Source of the DNA: an uncultured Gemmataceae bacterium
GTDB taxonomy: Bacteria; Planctomycetota; Planctomycetia; Gemmatales; Gemmataceae
Length of the DNA stretch: 64,000 bases
Assembly (NCBI GenBank): GCA_963804745.1
Contig: CAWDRY010000012.1
Span: forward strand, 30,562-94,561
Reading direction: 5' to 3'
The position numbers and the translations under genes are program-made. Shown in pieces: positions 62,214 through 64,000 of the stretch. A model generated the notes under the pieces. The model made no database searches. It saw only the letters and a program-made list of their open reading frames with translations, and was not told the DNA's origin. Each line of letters opens with the position of its first letter. Positions within the stretch are counted from its first letter, which is position 1.

Positions 62214-62320
62214 GGCGACTGGCAGAAGATAATTTACCATCCCTCGCTCACGCTTCGGGCCAGTGTCACACTGGCCCGAAGCGTGAGCGAGGGATGGTAT
62301 CACTTGCCGCTCGCCTAATG
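62214..62320. repeat. palindromic MITE/REP-like element, copy E (Y-left, X-right) in divergent promoter region
   Basis: ggcgactggcagaagataatttaccatccctcgctcacgcttcgggccagtgtcacactggcccgaagcgtgagcgagggatggtatcacttgccgctcgcctaatg. Confidence 0.85.
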
Positions 62321-62439
62321 AGGGAGCTTCTTCCGAATGGACACACTTGCTGGCACAAGTTGCCTATCCTCGCAACTGTGACTACAACAGACCTGCCCAC
62401 AGCCCTTGTTTACGAATGAGTCATAGCCTGTGAGCGCCG

Positions 62440-63753
62440 GTGATGTCATCATCCAAGATGAGCAACTGCCGCTGGATCATTTGTGGTCTGCTCTTTTATG
62501 CCACCACCATCAACTACATCGACCGTAGCGTCCTCAACGCATTGGCCTCGACTCTCCAGAAGCCTGAAGCCATCGGCTGGACGGACACGGAATACGGCTA
62601 CATTGGCGCCGCCTTCACTGTCGCTTATGCCATCGGCTTCCTGTTAATGGGCCGTCTCATTGATGCAGTCGGTACGCGCTGGGGCTACGCCATCGCCTTG
62701 ACACTCTGGACCGTTGCCGGGGCGTGTACTGCACTCACACGTAATGCGTTCCAGTTCGGCGTGGCGCGTTTCTTCTTGGGTCTGGGCGAAGCCGGCAACT
62801 TCCCCGCCGCCATCAAGACCACAGCTGAATGGTTCCCCCAACGGCAGCGGGCCACGGCCACTGGAATCTTCAACGCCGGGTCAAACGTCGGGGCAATTCT
62901 CGCCCCGTTGCTCGTACCAATCGTCGTGCTTACTTGGGGCTGGGGCTGGCAAGCCGGGTTTCTCATCACCCCCTTGCTCGCGGCCGTCTGGATTGTTCTT
63001 TGGCTTTGGCTTTTTCGCAACCCGGCCGTCCATCCCCTGGTCAATCAGGCCGAACGCGATTTTATCAACTCTGATGGCCCGCCCGTCGCTCCTGCTGCCC
63101 CGGTCCGCTGGCGGCAGATCATCCCTCATCGTCAGGCCTGGGCGATTATGGTGGGCAAGTTCCTCACGGACCCCATCTGGTGGTTCTATCTCTTCTGGTC
63201 CGGCAAGTTCCTATTCGACAAGTTCAAAGTTGATCTCAAGGAAGTCGGCCTCCCGCTGGTCGTCATTTATCTCCTGGCGGATGTCGGTTCCATTGCCGGC
63301 GGCTGGTTGTCCTCCACCTTGATCAGACGTGGCTGGAGCGCCAACGCCGCACGCAAGACCGCGATGTTTGGCTGTTCATTGGCAGTCCTACCTGTCTCCC
63401 TCGCGCCGGTGGTTCCGGTGACCGTCCTTGGTCTGTGGACCGCCGTCATCCTCATCGGCGTCGCTGCGGCCGCTCACCAGGGCTTTTCCGCCAACATCTT
63501 CACGCTTACGTCCGACATGTTTCCCAAACGCGCTGTCGGCTCCGTGGTCGGCCTTGCCGGACTTTGCGGTGCTGTGGGCGGCGCACTCATGCAATTCGGC
63601 TCCGGCCACATTAAGGAAAGCACTGGCAGTTACCTGATCATGTTCATCATCGCCAGTACCGTCTACCTCCTCGCCGTGACATTCGTCCACCTCTTGGCCC
63701 CGCGTCTCGCGCCGGTTGATCTCACGGAGCCGCCGAGTGACCCCATCAAGTGA
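62440..63753 (+). CDS. exuT: MFS transporter, ACS family (hexuronate transporter ExuT-like)
   Basis: TINYIDRSVLNALAS, GYIGAAFTVAYAIG, GLGEAGNFPAAIKTTAEWFPQRQRATATGIFNAGSNVGA. Confidence 0.8.
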   Translation: MMSSSKMSNCRWIICGLLFYATTINYIDRSVLNALASTLQKPEAIGWTDTEYGYIGAAFTVAYAIGFLLMGRLIDAVGTRWGYAIALTLWTVAGACTALTRNAFQFGVARFFLGLGEAGNFPAAIKTTAEWFPQRQRATATGIFNAGSNVGAILAPLLVPIVVLTWGWGWQAGFLITPLLAAVWIVLWLWLFRNPAVHPLVNQAERDFINSDGPPVAPAAPVRWRQIIPHRQAWAIMVGKFLTDPIWWFYLFWSGKFLFDKFKVDLKEVGLPLVVIYLLADVGSIAGGWLSSTLIRRGWSANAARKTAMFGCSLAVLPVSLAPVVPVTVLGLWTAVILIGVAAAAHQGFSANIFTLTSDMFPKRAVGSVVGLAGLCGAVGGALMQFGSGHIKESTGSYLIMFIIASTVYLLAVTFVHLLAPRLAPVDLTEPPSDPIK

Positions 63754-63769
63754 GAAACCGTCTTGGAAA

Positions 63770-64000
63770 TCAAGGTCTTGCCGTCAGCGGCGGCCTCCAG
63801 CTTGCCAGCCCGACTACGACATGGGTAGTTCCCGCCATTTTCTGCACGAGTTTGTCATCGGCGCTGATGTGGGGAATGCCGTGCCGTTGGGCCAGGGCCA
63901 GGTAACAAGCATCGTAGGCGGTGATCCCATGTGTCACGGCAATGGTCAAGGCGTCGGCGGCTAGATCATAGGTTGGAGTTCGCTGCAAGGGCAGAGCAGA
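63770..64000 (-). CDS. PIN-domain (VapC-like) toxin, C-terminal part; start beyond window end
   Basis: YDACYLALAQRHGIPHISADDKL typical PIN C-terminal helix/acidic residue. Confidence 0.5.
   Translation of the reverse strand, partial: SALPLQRTPTYDLAADALTIAVTHGITAYDACYLALAQRHGIPHISADDKLVQKMAGTTHVVVGLASWRPPLTARP

Overview
The window is a high-GC (roughly 60-65%) bacterial chromosomal segment. I attribute it to Planctomycetota, possibly Gemmataceae, on two grounds: secreted proteins start with an Arg-rich N-terminus followed by L-E-x-L-E-x-R-x-L-P-S, and there are giant repetitive surface proteins and FGE/SUMF1 genes. This attribution is inference.

Content by region:
- 1-2000: a 5'-truncated AAA_21 ABC-type ATPase followed by a DUF4435/TOPRIM-like ORF. 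This is a PARIS (AriAB)- or AbiL-like two-gene architecture, but the partner ORF is broken twice.
- 2-6.7 kb: a GT2 glycosyltransferase, a secreted S53 sedolisin peptidase and an alpha/beta-hydrolase esterase, with a roughly 105-bp palindromic MITE-like repeat inserted between them.
- 6.7-21.6 kb: one roughly 15-kb minus-strand giant adhesin-like gene, fragmented into six ORFs. It carries cohesin- and dockerin-like modules, Big_3-like Ig domains, PbH1 beta-helix repeats and choice-of-anchor-Q domains. It contains a near-identical roughly 3.1-kb tandem triplication.
- 21.8-26 kb: an Rpn-family (PD-(D/E)XK) gene flanked by roughly 255-bp direct repeats, and an IS66-family insertion sequence.
- 26-30 kb: an ABC-ATPase-GNAT fusion, VapBC, and two response regulators.
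- 30.4-39.3 kb: a housekeeping block of nfeD-floT, rpoN, recR, ybaB, dnaX and cyclophilin.
- 40-43.5 kb: an MFS transporter and a TAT-signal Gfo/Idh/MocA oxidoreductase.
- 43.5-54.8 kb: an accessory island. It holds Phd-MazF, an IS1-family IS, an Mrr-like nuclease, two DUF104-like proteins plus a retropepsin-like protease, two DUF4058 (Uma2-like) proteins bracketing a DUF559-fusion and a DUF2726-fusion nuclease pair, MazEF, and an AAA_25 ATPase.
- 55-64 kb: a beta-helix-SGNH protein with a 21-bp tandem repeat, a second VapBC, FGE, dcd, a beta-helix lyase-like protein, and an ExuT-like MFS transporter.

Assembly quality: many conserved genes carry single-base frameshifts at short homopolymers, including rpoN, dnaX, dcd and the cyclophilin gene. 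This pattern points to indel errors in the assembly rather than mass pseudogenisation. CDS coordinates for these genes span the frameshifts.

Recurrent noncoding structure:
- a roughly 105-bp asymmetric palindromic element family (5 copies);
- heptamer-repeat palindromes of the form (GGTGAGT)n...(ACTCACC)n placed exactly at stop codons;
- (GGATGAA)n and (GACCTCT)n palindromes;
- a cassette-like hairpin/leader motif system around the DUF104-like genes.

I found no rRNA, tRNA or CRISPR array.
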